This document shows, in pieces, positions 1 through 12,516 of a DNA stretch of 64,000 nucleotides; the first letter of the stretch is position 1; every line of letters starts with the position of its first letter. A program made the position numbers and the translations under genes. Under the pieces are notes generated by a model that saw nothing but the letters and a program-made list of their open reading frames with translations, made no database searches and was not told the origin of the DNA. The DNA comes from Paramecium tetraurelia (taxonomy: Eukaryota): NCBI GenBank assembly GCA_000165425.1, contig CT868319.1:248001-312000 (forward strand), given 5' to 3'.

Positions 1-871
1 CGGTTTAGGTTGAAATTGTTCCTTATAAGTTTTCAGCTTTGCTACTTAAATGAGTCTTGGCATCGTCAAGTCTAGCTTATGAACTAAGATAAAGATCTTT
101 TTGTTATGCGAAAAGACCCAAAGCAGTAGTGTTATCTGCTGTGTATGATGCCCAAGCTTCTTCAACTGTATTTCTCAAGGTTTATAACAATTAGACGAGT
201 CTTTCAGCTGCACCTTCTGAATCTTCTTCTTAAGTAATTTAAGCCAAAGCACCAATGGCTTACATGAATGTCTTGTTCATTTTGGTAGCAATAGCCGATT
301 TCATTAATTTAGTTGTCATCTCAGCAACTTAAACCAATGAAGCTTTGCCCTTAGCTAGAGCAGTAGCAAGATCAATGGAATCATCAATGGCATTGATGGC
401 ATCGTTGAAGGAAACAGCTCCTCTGTTGTAGGATTGAGTGTCTTCCTTTCTGGCATCATTAATTAAACCAATGTGTAGAGAAACTGTATTCAAAATATTT
501 TCGGTTTCTCCAAGAGTTGCTTAAGTTTTTTTCAAAAGGATGGTGGCTGTCTTTAGAATACCATTGGCAATTTTGAGTTTGCCATTGGCATCTTCAACTT
601 CAAGTTTTCTGTAAGAGATCTCACTATCGCATTCAGTTTTTTATGCGTTGTAGACATCGTCATGTCCACCTTGTTCTTATGCGACTGCTGATTTAAAGGA
701 ATTAAGGATTCCCTTGATTGAATCTAGTGGTGAATGGGTTTTAAGCTTATTTTCAACTTCAACCATGATGTTCATGATGCTTCTTTTACCACCATATTGT
801 AGTGGGTACTTTTACATCAAGCTAGCATTGCTAATGGCTAAGACAACCAAGATTGTGAATGCAATTTTCAT
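1..871 (-). CDS. Trichocyst matrix protein (TMP/GRL-like) precursor, 3' end runs out of window
   Basis: Ciliate-code ORF MKIAFTILVVLAISNA (signal peptide)...SPLDSIKGILNSFKSAVAQEQ...TECDSEI...AAERLVQLLQTLR; helical heptads; clear paralog of 4714-5766. Confidence 0.88.
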
Positions 872-1597
872 ATATTAATAATTGATTTTTTCTTATTTTC
901 GAAAGTTCCTTATATACCACAAAATCTTCAGATTAAAAACGGATTGTGGCAAAAAAAAAAAATAATAATTTATTAAAAATTTGATTCTGTTTATAAAATT
1001 AAAAAATTAATTTTTTAATCCACGTATTTTGATTAATTAATTTTTCGAATTATTTTCTTTAAAGAATTAATATTTATGAACTAATTTCTATTAACGGGAA
1101 ATTTTTAGATATTTAAATAATAATAAATAATGGGAGAAATAAAATATTCATAATTAATTTCTATAACAGCAGTAAATAACCGTTAAGGATACAAACTATG
1201 ATATATGCCGAAGAAATAGATGAACTCTTATTTGGAATGAATTTTTAACGATTCATTAATTTTTTATTTGATTTGAGAAATTTCTACAAATTACAAATTA
1301 TAAATTTATATAATATTCGGATCAATATGTTAAGAAAGAAGAATGATTATGTCATAAAAGCTGATATATATAAATTAAAGTTTGTATTTAGTTATTTCAG
1401 AAATAGAAGTCTATTATTGATTATTTATTAAATGCTTCATTCACTTCTCAATCTTTCAATATTTTATATTCATTCACATATGGAATTAGTATCTTTTCAA
1501 TTTAAGATTTTTTACATTAATTATAATGTAGGTTGGTTATATTTAATTTGATAGAAAGTTTAGCACCTTGATTATTGATAAATTATATTATTTAATC

Positions 1598-3022
1598 ATG
1601 AAAAGAGCAACTGATGGGAACTATTGTAACTATATGAACTATATTCTTAGATGAAAATGAATACATTGCTAATTAGGAGGATAAATTACTTGAGAAGATG
1701 AGAAAGAAACAGGTATGATAATGTCTAAAAGAGAGGAACGAGAATTGGAGCAATTAAAATTATATGAGTAATAGTAAAAAGAATAGGAAAGAAGAAAAGT
1801 CACTCTCTTAGAATCCACTCGTTCAAAATAACAATAAGTAGAGTTGGCCTTGAAGGAGAAGAGATAAATGGTGAGTATATATCATAATATAAATCTTCTA
1901 GATAGAATTGAAGAGAAAAGAAAAAGAGAAGGAAAAATTGCTTTAAGTGTAAAAGATGGAATAAGAAAAACTTAAAGAATTGACGGAAAGGGAAATCAGC
2001 AGAGATTTTGTTATATAAGAATTACATAGCAATAAACATAGTTAATAAGGAGTAATTCTAGATAAGATTAAACCATCTATTGTAAAAAAGTAATAGTATA
2101 ATTTACGTAAGAATAGCTGAAGGAATAATAAATACATAATAAGAGGAAATATTAATAAAGAAAATTGAGTTGGACAAATTAAAGAAGGAATAAGAGGAAT
2201 AGATATAAGATTTGAGAGAGAGAAAGGAATTGTTGTTGAAAGAATTGAAGTAAGCAAAAAGAAAACAATTAAAAAAAGTGAAACAAAGAAATGAAGCAGA
2301 ATATTAAGCATAATATGAAGAGAAGAAACAAAAAATAGAGTAATATAAGAAAAAGTTAGATGATATTGAACTGAATTAATAAGTTAAAATTGAATTGATT
2401 GAATAAAAAAAAAGGGAGAAGATGGAGAAATTAAAAAAAGTGATGGTGTATTTATTATATTGATTTTTTAGGAAAATCAAAAAAAAATAATGGAAGAAAA
2501 GAAAGAAAAAGATAAATAAAAACTTTCACATTTAGATGAAAAGATTAATTAGATTTCTGAAAGAATGAAATCCACGGAAGATAAAATGGAGAAAATAGAA
2601 AAAGAAAAGGCAAGACATAGATAAAATGTATAATTCTATTAATATTTAAGATTAAATCTAGAAATGGCAGTATTCAAAATAATAAATCATAAACATATAA
2701 AGATAAGATTAAATAAAAGGAACAAGAGCATTTAAAATCAATTACAGAAACTTATTTAATTTCTAAACTCAAATAGTAATAAGAAAAACTAAAAAAAGAA
2801 GAACTCATTAGGGATCACAAAAAGAAGGCTGCGAAAATATTATAAGAGATGGTAGAAATTAAGGATAAAAAGTTAAAAGAGAAATTAGAAAAAGCATAAT
2901 AATTTAAGGATGAAAAAGAATAATTGTTTGTGCAATATCAACAACTAGCTAAAGAAATTGAAAAAAGGAAAAACAAGCTACTTTTTAGCAGTCCTAAACA
3001 TAATATTGTAGAAGATAAATGA
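1598..3022 (+). CDS. E/K/Q-rich coiled-coil hypothetical protein, several small introns
   Basis: ATG 1598, 25-nt intron gtaactatatgaactatattcttag, long purine-rich reading frame, TGA 3020-3022; second intron boundary uncertain. Confidence 0.7.
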
Positions 3023-3072
3023 ATTATTAAATTAGTTGTATTTATAGAGTCTATTAAATAATTAATATAATA

Positions 3073-3500
3073 ATGTAATAATAATAATAATAGCCAAGAT
3101 AATTGTAAAGGATAAAGGAGAGATTTGCAATTGCAATGAATTTAGTTTAATTATGGAGGTTTTGTCCATTCCATCATAAAGTAGATAAGTTCATTAAACT
3201 GAAACCAAAATCGTAGATGGCAGAACTGTTCAAATCACATTAGACTAGGCTGCATAATTAGTAGGCTTTCCATGAATAACATTAGAAGACTACTATTGTC
3301 TATTAAGTGATGCTGAAACTCTAGGTAGATTGCTTTAATTTAATTTTTTAGTTAACATAGAAGAGAAGAAAAATGAAATGATGGGTTATATTAGAAAATT
3401 ATGTAAGGAGAATAGAAAATATAACTAATAGATAAAATAGGAAGAGGAATGTTACTAGCTAAATTAATTTTAATTTGAAGATAATATTCATGATGATTGA
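3073..3500 (+). pseudogene. Member of a ciliate small HTH-like family with an in-frame TGA
   Basis: With two introns removed: MQQQQQQPRQLQRIKERF...ITLDQAAQLVGFP*ITLEDYYCLL...EMMGYIRKLCKEN...DD*; internal TGA at 3273-3275. Confidence 0.65.
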
Positions 3501-3550
3501 ATTAACATAAATTCCATGTTTCTAATATTTAATAGGAATATAATATAATC

Positions 3551-4266
3551 TCATTTCTGCTTTTTTTACTTACTTGTTGATGAAATATCAACAAATGGAG
3601 ATGCAGGCTTCACATCAACTCTACCCAATGTTTTGTTTATTTCAGCAATTTATGGTAATGCTTGAACTTATTTAAACCTATTAAAAAAGAATTATTAAAT
3701 AAAATTTATACCATCTGAAGAAATGCACATATTTTCCAACTTTTTGTTCATCATTCCATGTAGACACTATATCATATGTGTGAATATATAAAAACAAATC
3801 CGCTAGTGTTACATGATTTGTAACAAAAAATACTTTGCTTTCTAAATGTTTCAGAAATGCCTTAATTTAAACACTATTAATACTTCAATTAATTCTTCTC
3901 CTTAAATCTTTCTTTATGCTTCAAAAACTTATAAAACCTATCAATTTATATGATTATTTTACTTGTCCCAATGTTTAATTATCTGTTCCGATGAGTATTT
4001 TTTCTGTAAATGAAATATTAGTTAAATATCTAAATTAGTATTTTTTAATAATACTGTGCAATAGAGAAAACATTTGATAAAATTTATGCATCCTCTGTCA
4101 CCAATGAAGGAATCGATGGGAATTTTAATACACCTTCCTCATTTAATTTTAATGCTTGATGTGAAAGCACCACTAATTTTACTCTACCTGTTGTAACCAA
4201 TCTGGTATAATGAGCCAAAAGTGTTAAGAATTATGAATTTAAATCTGTTGATAAGAACAACTCCAT
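3551..4266 (-). CDS. GST C-terminal-like protein (AIMP3/EEF1E1 or Arc1p-N type tRNA-synthetase cofactor)
   Basis: 4 small introns; HLESKVFFVTNHVTLADLFLY...KYVHFFRWFKQVQALP matches the GST-C TLAD...RW motif. Confidence 0.75.
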
Positions 4267-4713
4267 TAATTAATATAATTTATATCTTTATTTTAAACAT
4301 AATTTTTATGTACTTCATCAAATATTCTTTTATATAAAAATGTTTCCCTATTCAATATTACCCTATATTTTAATATATTTTAATCCAAGATGTAGATATT
4401 TTTAAATATTTCTATCTAATTAAAATGCATTACATGTAATAAATCTATATTCTATTCAGTCAATTTATAAGCAATTAAATGATGGATCTTGAATCCAATT
4501 AATAAAAATGAGAGAATTAAAGAAATTATCCAAAATTAATTAACGCTCTCCCAATTAAGGGTAAACTTGTCTTATAAGTATATATTATTTAATTGAGTAT
4601 ATTGAACTTGGATTTAGTAAATAATTCTGAATTTTTATCTTTAACAGAGTTTATATAATAAATATTTAAAATAAATGTAAACGCGTATGAATGAAAAAGC
4701 AAATGAAAATAAA

Positions 4714-5766
4714 TCAAATCTATTATTCAGCAGCTCTTCTAGTGGCTAATCTTTCTAATTCATTTATTAAGACCAATTCTTATCTTCTTCCTGTAGTGAC
4801 AGCTTCATATTCAACTTCAAAACTGTGGCATAAATCATTTGCATCTTCCAATAAATTTTGATTTCTTGATCTTCTATTTGTGGCAGCTTGAGCAACGGCA
4901 GTTTAAACTGATATAACTCCTTCAGTTGTTTCTAGTTTAGCAACCAATCTTGACTTAGCTTTGTCTAATCTTTCTTATGTGGCAGTGTATAAATCTTTTT
5001 GACCCATGAATTATTGGAGACCTTATTAATTTGAGGTTGTATAGTCAGTCCAAGCAGTTTCAACAGCGGTTCTCAAAGTTTGGAGTAATTAAACAAGTCT
5101 TTCAGCAGCACCAGCCTCTTCCTCTTGTGTAATTGCAGCCAAAGCAGCCATTGGTTGTCTAAATTCTTAAATTAATTTAGTTGCCAAGGCTGATTTCAAT
5201 AATTTAGTTGATAATTCAGCAACTTAAGCCAAACTGATTTGTCCCTTAGCCAAAGCAGTAGCCAAATCGATTGAATCATCAATAGCATTGATTGCATCAT
5301 TGAATGATACAGCAGCTCTGTTGTATGATTGAGTATCTTCTTTTCTGGCTGAATTAATCATATCAATGTGTCTTGTTGCAGTGTTCAAAATTTCTTCAGT
5401 AGCATCAAGTGTTGCACTAGTCTTTCCTTTGATGATTTTTGCTGTTTTTAAAATACCATTAGCACTAGTAAGGATACTGTTGGCCTCTTAAACTTCCTTT
5501 GATCTGTATTCAATTTCACTATCGCATTCAGTTTTTTAAGCATTATAAACTTCATCATGAATGCCTTATTCTTAAGCGACTTCTGATTTGAAGTTGTTCA
5601 AAATGCCTTTGATTGTGTCAAGTGGATTTCTAGTTTAGAGTTTGCTTTCAACTTCTGTCATAATTGACATAATGTTTCTTTTATTAGAATAGTTCAATGG
5701 ATATTTTTAAACAAATCCAGCTTGTGCTAACACAATTATTGCTAATAAACCTAATATTGCCTTCAT
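4714..5766 (-). CDS. Trichocyst matrix protein precursor (350 aa, intronless)
   Basis: MKAILGLLAIIVLAQA...NPLDTIKGILNNFK...TECDSEI...DLCHSFEVEYEAVTTGRRQELVLI; 1053 nt, TGA 4714-4716. Confidence 0.9.
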
Positions 5767-5838
5767 TTAATATTATTGAATTTTGTCTACGTATGAATAG
5801 AATTTGAAGCAACAATCTTGAAAAACGGGAATGCCCTA

Positions 5839-5872
5839 CTTTGAATTAACGTAAAGCTTTGAACTAACGTAA
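5839..5872. repeat. 16-bp direct repeat in TMP upstream region
   Basis: ctttgaattaacgtaa (5839-5854) and ctttgaactaacgtaa (5857-5872). Confidence 0.7.
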
Positions 5873-6462
5873 TTGTTTATAAAATAATTAAAAATTCTAT
5901 TGAATTTAATAAATTTGAATATTCTTAAATTTATCTGGTAAAATTTTAGAAATCTGAGGATTAAATAACTATTTAATATGTTTTGTATTTATTAAAATTT
6001 ATTGATTTAATATTAATGCAAAATTTAATGAGTTATGTTCTTTATTATATATATGGAAAAGCTATAAAATTAAATGAAAATTAGTAATTAATACTTTTAA
6101 AAGACATTAATTCAAAGGTATGAGCATATTTATTCTTTGAATATTTTGTAGAACCTAATTCTTATTAATAAGATTTATCTAGATAAAATGGAAATTTACC
6201 AATTTATCTAGATAATTAAATTTAATCCTAATTTATAAATATAAATAAGAAATTTGAAATGAATTGCGGGGTTGAGACATACTCAAAGCATATAACATTT
6301 AATTGTTTTTCTAGGAGATAGAATGGTGGATGGGGATTTAACATAAAAAGTGTCAATAATCATCAGAAAATAATATAAGGAAGCGATTTAACATTAATAT
6401 CTGAAAATAATTAATAAAATGAATAAGATATAAATTCAATACTGAAATGAATTTTAAATATT

Positions 6463-7762
6463 TCAATTTATATGATAAACATTTACATTGTTAAAGGAGA
6501 CTTATTTATTGCAAATTAGTGACATTGGCATTAGGAAGCCCATTATAAATTTAAATAATTTTATTTATAAATTGCGCTTTAATTTAAAATTGTTTTATTA
6601 TGCAAAAAATCGGTAGTTTTATATTTATCCTGAATAATAGATCATTTCAAAACGATACTCTACATTACTCTTTAATGTATGTAATGAATTTCTTCTAATC
6701 TATGTCAACCCAAAAGTTACTAATCCCTTCAATTGTGCTTATACATTCCCCTAGAAAATTGCTTCTTTTTAAATCATATATTACTAAAATTATATTTTGG
6801 AATCTTCTTTAATAACAAGTATCAATTCACTATTATGGCACAGAGCAGCTCTAAAAATTATATCTTCAAATTGTAATTATAGGATCAAATTACTTAAAAC
6901 TCTGTTATATACTTCAATAGTTTTATCAGATACAATCAAAATGTATTACTCTCTCAATTATATATTAAAAATACCATTATTAGAAATAGAAAACTCCTTA
7001 ATATTTTCTAAATTACAAAAATAACCTTAAACATCTCCAGTTTCTAAATTCGCTATTTGGAAAGAAGATTATTATTTAGTCGGATCAAAACAATTTTAAG
7101 TGAACAAACAGTGTTTACAACTTGAATTAATAAATATTTCTGGTCTTTCGGACTTCAATTCAATTTACCAAATTACATATTTCTTTGTTACATCAAAACC
7201 CCTAGGTAAAATTTGTTCAAAATACTTAAGCAGATTATTTGGAATAGGAATACAATATAGTTTGAGAATGATTGAATTTTAAATAATGAGGAGAACCTAT
7301 TTTTTACCAATAACTAGCTATCAATCCACTTTTAATGTTCAATATACTTATTTTACCCTATAAATCAGATAATGCTAATATAGTTTGTTAATAGTTTATA
7401 GTTAAACATAAAACCTGTAAATCTTTCTTCTTAATATTTTTCAATAACAGAGCTGTGGTTAGATCATAAATTCTTAAGCTATTTGAATCAAATTTCTTTG
7501 AAACCACTATGTTTCTTTTAAATATAACAAGATGATTACTTTAAATAATAATTATCAGGTATAATAGGTTATTCTATGAATAAATTTCTCAATAATTTTT
7601 GGCAAGAAATAGAATAATATAAGACCTTTGAATCAGCATTTAGAATAAATCTATTATAAACTGACATAAATACTAGGTTCCTTGTTCATTGATTAAACAA
7701 TTATTTACTTTTTGTTTGGTAATAATGATTTTCCTTTCCTTAATTTTAATTTACTTTTACAT
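6463..7762 (-). CDS. Hypothetical protein, possibly divergent beta-propeller/WD40-like
   Basis: ATG 7762, 23-nt intron, segments such as SNSLRIYDLTTALLLKNI and TILALSDLQG; 3' end approximate. Confidence 0.5.
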
Positions 7763-7808
7763 TAATTAAATAATAAAAATTGATTAATTATAAAATCGAA
7801 ATAATAAA

Positions 7809-8822
7809 TCATTAATTAATTTAATTGATTAAAGGAGCATCTTGAAGAAATGAATTTTCTGAGAGTTACCCTACAGATAAATGGTATCCTCGTTTTGTGT
7901 CTAAATGTGATCTACCTGTAAACAATTTTTGGCTACTTACTTAAAGTAATCCTTAAAATTGATGACTTGCCATTGAATTATGATTATTTGTTTAATGATT
8001 TGATTTTGATAAAATTAAAAGACTTGTTTTATTTGGAACACTGTCTATCAATTGTGTGGAAGGTTCTGATAAAAATTTCAACATACTAGAGTATTCTTTC
8101 TAAAGAATTGAGATCTGACTTTCCAATTAATCATATTCATTAATTGAAAATTAAAGGTCTGATGAAAACGAATTCTTATTTAAGAAATTCTCCCATAATT
8201 TATACACTTTTGGTTTGTAAATTAGTTTATGTGTAGGATCACCTAATGACACCAATATGCAAGTTGCTGATACATCGAAAATGACAAGGATAAAGGAATC
8301 CTGTTTAGTAAATTTGATTCTCTTATTACCCTTTTGTGTGATTTAATTTATAAATTTAAGAAGACAGTTAATAAACTGTTAATTTTATGGTAAATTAAAG
8401 ATAGATGCACAATTCCACATCCCTGTTACTAATTATTCTGAATTTAGTATAATTCTTTGTCTGTCATCAAAGCTAATTGTGCCAGAAGATAAATTGTATC
8501 GATTTTAAAATGCTTCATTCTAAATGTATTAAAACTAATGGTCTATGACTTAGAAATTCAAAGACGGTCCATAAATGCTAATTTATCCATTTAAGACTAG
8601 TAATTATATGATTGAATGATTCAATTAAGCTTCTTCATATACGACTGGAAATGTATTGCCTTTCACAATTTCATTTCCATTAAAATTTACACTTCTAATG
8701 TTTGTTGCAGTCAATAATTCCTAAGCCAATTATTCTCCTATTATCAATTATTCATAGCCTATTTTCCAATCCAAATTTTAGAGATGTTGGATAAATTTGG
8801 CACCTTCCACATATTAATACAT
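7809..8822 (-). CDS. 337-aa intronless protein resembling the STIL N-terminal domain plus a short coiled coil
   Basis: 1014 nt ORF; GTISFDDRQRIIL...LVTGMW...CLLKFI...SFILVIF; later YDQLESQISILQKEY. ORF is solid, family assignment tentative. Confidence 0.65.
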
Positions 8823-9298
8823 TCGTTAATTAATTAAATCACTAATTAAGAGCAGCAGAATTTAAAAAGCATTTATTAAAAACCTATTAGAAGTTGTAAT
8901 TTTAAAGTTATTAAAGACACATTACTCTTTCTGCTCTCCTTAGAGTATTAGCATCCAAAATCATAAAAAAAGTAAATTCATTAATTCAACTTTAAAATCT
9001 GATATATTCTATTAAACCAGCTATTACTTAGAAAGACTTCTGATGGTTTTCAGGAATAAAAATATACATAATAATTAAATTTGCCCATCATCATATATAA
9101 CTATTAAATTAAAAATATTATTTAAGAACATTTCCAACTTAATACAATTAACTTCAAACATATGATAATATTTTATAAAGATCTATTTGTAAATAAAATT
9201 AATAGATATTTTCAACAAAATTTGGATGAAAAGTAGAATTATGTAATATCTTACAAATTAATTAATAAATATTGAGTAAGAATTGATAAATGTTAATG

Positions 9299-11889
9299 TC
9301 ATCCAGCAGTTCTTTCATTATTTAGACATCCTTGTTTGATCAAATGATTTTTCCATGTATTCTTCTCCAATTTCAAATCTTAATGACACAAAGGACATCT
9401 CACTGTTGTGTTGTCATTTCTGCCTCTGCAATCTTCCAAATGTCTATGTATAATAGAGTATTTACTTATCATAACCACTCAATAGAATAGCTTCTTTGCA
9501 CTTGGGACATCTCTTAAACTTTCTTTTATGATCACATTCACTCAACAAATGATTAGTTAATTCAGCTATTTCAATAACCTATCCGCATTATGAACAAGTA
9601 ACTAACATAGGACATTCTGACCAAAGGTGTTTATCTATTTGATCTGGATCTCTAAAGGAGGGATTAACTCTATCACAATAATCACATTTTGCTGTATTAT
9701 TTTAGTCATATTATTATTATTATTGCTATTTTTATTATTACTATGGTTTTTAATTCTATGTTTAATTTTGATTCCCCTTTTTGGCTCCTTAAGATTCAAT
9801 ATTAGTTTGAATTATTGCTCGTTATTAATTAGTTTATGGTTGATCATCAACATCCCCACCTCCATCTATTTTATTAAAGAAATCTTCTAACACATCTAAT
9901 TGGGCTTATCTGACATTTGTCAAAGATTGTTTAAGTCTATTCCCAGAAAATTTATACACTTCTACCAGAAGTAAGATGGCTTAAGTTCTAATTGGTTCAT
10001 TCTAAAGCAATTTAATAAGAGAATACTTTATCATCTTATAATTTAACAGCAAAATCAACAATTGGTTAATATGGCATATTAGCATTATTGATTTCATATC
10101 TCTTCACTAGTTCTGTCAACATAGCCAATCTTCCCACTATATGTTTAGTAGAGCTTTGCAATTTAGATTTCCCAACAAAACCTTTAATTAAATGCTATAC
10201 ACAAATAGCAGGACCAACAGACGGATGATCTGCCATTTGTAAAAATGCATTTTCTGCTTATTCCTTTCTTTATTCGCCTAACTTTTCCATGAGAGATTAT
10301 AAAATCCCATCAATATGTTCATTGAATTCTGCACTTTTATTTATTTTTATTTTTGGGTATTTTGCAAGCAGAGATTGTAATACACTTAAACTTCTAATTG
10401 AAACAGCTGCAACTTTATCACCCAAAGTATAATTTATAGATGCTATTGAACTCAAAAAGAAGATGGAGGGATCCTATGAATTGACTTAAGTTGGTCTACC
10501 GATCTAATCTTCCAACCATTTTAATCCATCCTCTCTAGCTCCCCATTATTTGCTAAATATTTTTTAACAGAATTCCTCTGTCAAAATTGGTATTAACGGT
10601 TCAGCTTTTTAGAGACTGTCTCCTGTTAACGGTTCGGTTGTATCTTTAATTACAAATTCATCATACATTATTATTATTACTATTTGTCATCATCAGGATA
10701 TTAGTTGTTATTTTACTTTCTTAGGGCACCTGGTACGATCATATCTTCATGATGTTGATTCAATTCTTTTGCTACTCGTTTTTGTCTCATTTATGATGGA
10801 TCTGCTCTTTGTTCCTCAAACTATGATTATGAAATCATTTCTTCTCCTTGTATAGGCATCATTGGTGGAGGTGCTTAATAAGGGGGAACAAAGGCCATTT
10901 AAGACTAAACAGGTGGTGGTTAATATTATTATTAATAGTATTATTATTATTACTATTATTACTATTAGTATTATTATTATGGCTAATACACAGGTTATTA
11001 ATATTACTAATTTAATTTATTTAATATTACAGCACTATCTGGTCTACGTATCATTGAATCTGGCGCTACAGCATTCCTTAACTTCTCTATTTCCTACTTG
11101 ATAATACTTGCTGAATCATAGTCTTCATTCTATATTGCAACAGCCTTTCTTTCTTCTAATGTTCTTAATTGAACTCCTATTTATTTCAATCTTTCAATAG
11201 CTTCTTTAATTCTCTTGGCTTCCATGAAATCTTCCCTCGAAACAGCTAATTTTTATAGTTGAAAATACCTTTGTCTTTTGCTTCCTCTAATAATCGCAGT
11301 CTTTCTAGTGTATTTTGATCAAATTATGTTTCAAATTAAATTTCATTATAAAATTCTTTTTATTTCATTTACCCATATCCAGGAGGAGAATCAAGAGGTT
11401 CACCAAACACGGATAAAGCAATAACGCCAATTTAATTGAAGAGATTAAATTTGTTCACGAAGCATTTTTGAAATACAAATTTCATGAATAAACATGGTGT
11501 GTCAATATACACACTTTTTAATTCTCTTGCTTGATATCCACCTCTCTCATTGGAATCAAGTGATAAGTATCCTAATTTCTTATATTTGATTTGATTATAT
11601 TGTGGAGGTATATTCTTATCTGGCATGTGAACATATAGTTCAATCTAAAACCAATTTTAATGTATGATACTTTTGTAGATATCTTGCAATGATGAGACAA
11701 GAATTGAACCTGTCGAACTCTTGCTGCACTAACAAATTAAATTGCTATTTCCTATGGATATTCACAATATTTTGGTGCTTGCCAACCCCTGCTTTATGGC
11801 GATTGAGTGAGTAATTCAGTCACAGGATAGTCTTAATCTTCTCCTGAACAATACACAATCCTATATTTCAATTTAGAAACTCCTTTCAT
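9299..11889 (-). CDS. CEP104: Centrosomal/ciliary-tip protein CEP104
   Basis: N-terminal jelly-roll (SRGWQ..YPQE; LGYLSLDSNERGGYQARELKSVY), coiled coil, Q/P linker, TOG/HEAT region, C-terminal zinc fingers (RCPLCH..WKNHL..GC). Confidence 0.93.
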
Positions 11890-11925
11890 AAATAAATAAA
11901 TATTTATTGAAAATAAAAATCAAGA

Positions 11926-12477
11926 TCAACTATCGAAAATATATTTCATATATTCATCTGAAGACATCTATTTAGATGATTGTATATTTTTTGGATTCTC
12001 TAAATTCATATTTTATAGCTTCAATTCAACTGTTGTCTCTTTGGATTTGATTTCTTAATAATGTTTATAATATTTCTTTTATAATTGTTATTGTTATTAT
12101 TGTTATTATTGTTATTGTGATTATTGTTGTTATTATGGTTGTGCTTGAACATCTATATCTTTAATTGTTTAAACACGCATATTTTAAAAATTAGTTATGA
12201 TATAAAGATATATTTTCTTATTATGTTCATCTAATTTGGTCAATGCATAATAAGTGCGATTATTAATAATCTATGAATTAAATTTGACCCTTTCTTCCAA
12301 TCTCTGATCTCCCTATGTTGTATTTGCATAGAGTAATTCAATATGAGTGGATATTGGTTTGTAATTAATTTTATCAATCTTGTAAACAGATTCAAACTCC
12401 TTCATTTAAGTAATTGGAAAGTTTAATAAATGGAAGGCATCCGCTGTTGGTACTAAAATGACATCAAAATCTGTCAT
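11926..12477 (-). CDS. RNA polymerase III subunit RPC5/Rpc37 (Sin_N)-like, 183 aa
   Basis: FHLLNFP...YKPISTHIEL...NRTYYA...IYLYIITNFQNMRV resembles the Sin_N pattern; intronless 552 nt. Confidence 0.6.
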
Positions 12478-12516
12478 TATTTTTAATAATAATAATAATA
12501 TTTATATATATATAAA

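Noticed and set aside
1198..1550. ~115-codon open frame in the TMP upstream gap
   Set aside because: With only TGA as stop, such frames arise by chance in AT-rich DNA; no motif or codon bias, at most a gene remnant
2042..2311. Hydrophobic ORF-track entries such as 2042-2311, 9627-9890, 29155-29400, 30311-30601, 37844-38110
   Set aside because: Antisense shadows of purine-rich real genes on the opposite strand
8850..9200. Possible small gene between the STIL-like gene and CEP104, and coding-like pieces at 4480-4600 and 6260-6420
   Set aside because: No convincing continuous frame or recognisable motif
10921..11030. (TAT/TAA)n microsatellite-like runs, also near 12080-12135 and 3076
   Set aside because: They encode poly-Gln in the ciliate code within genes; not repeat arrays or CRISPR
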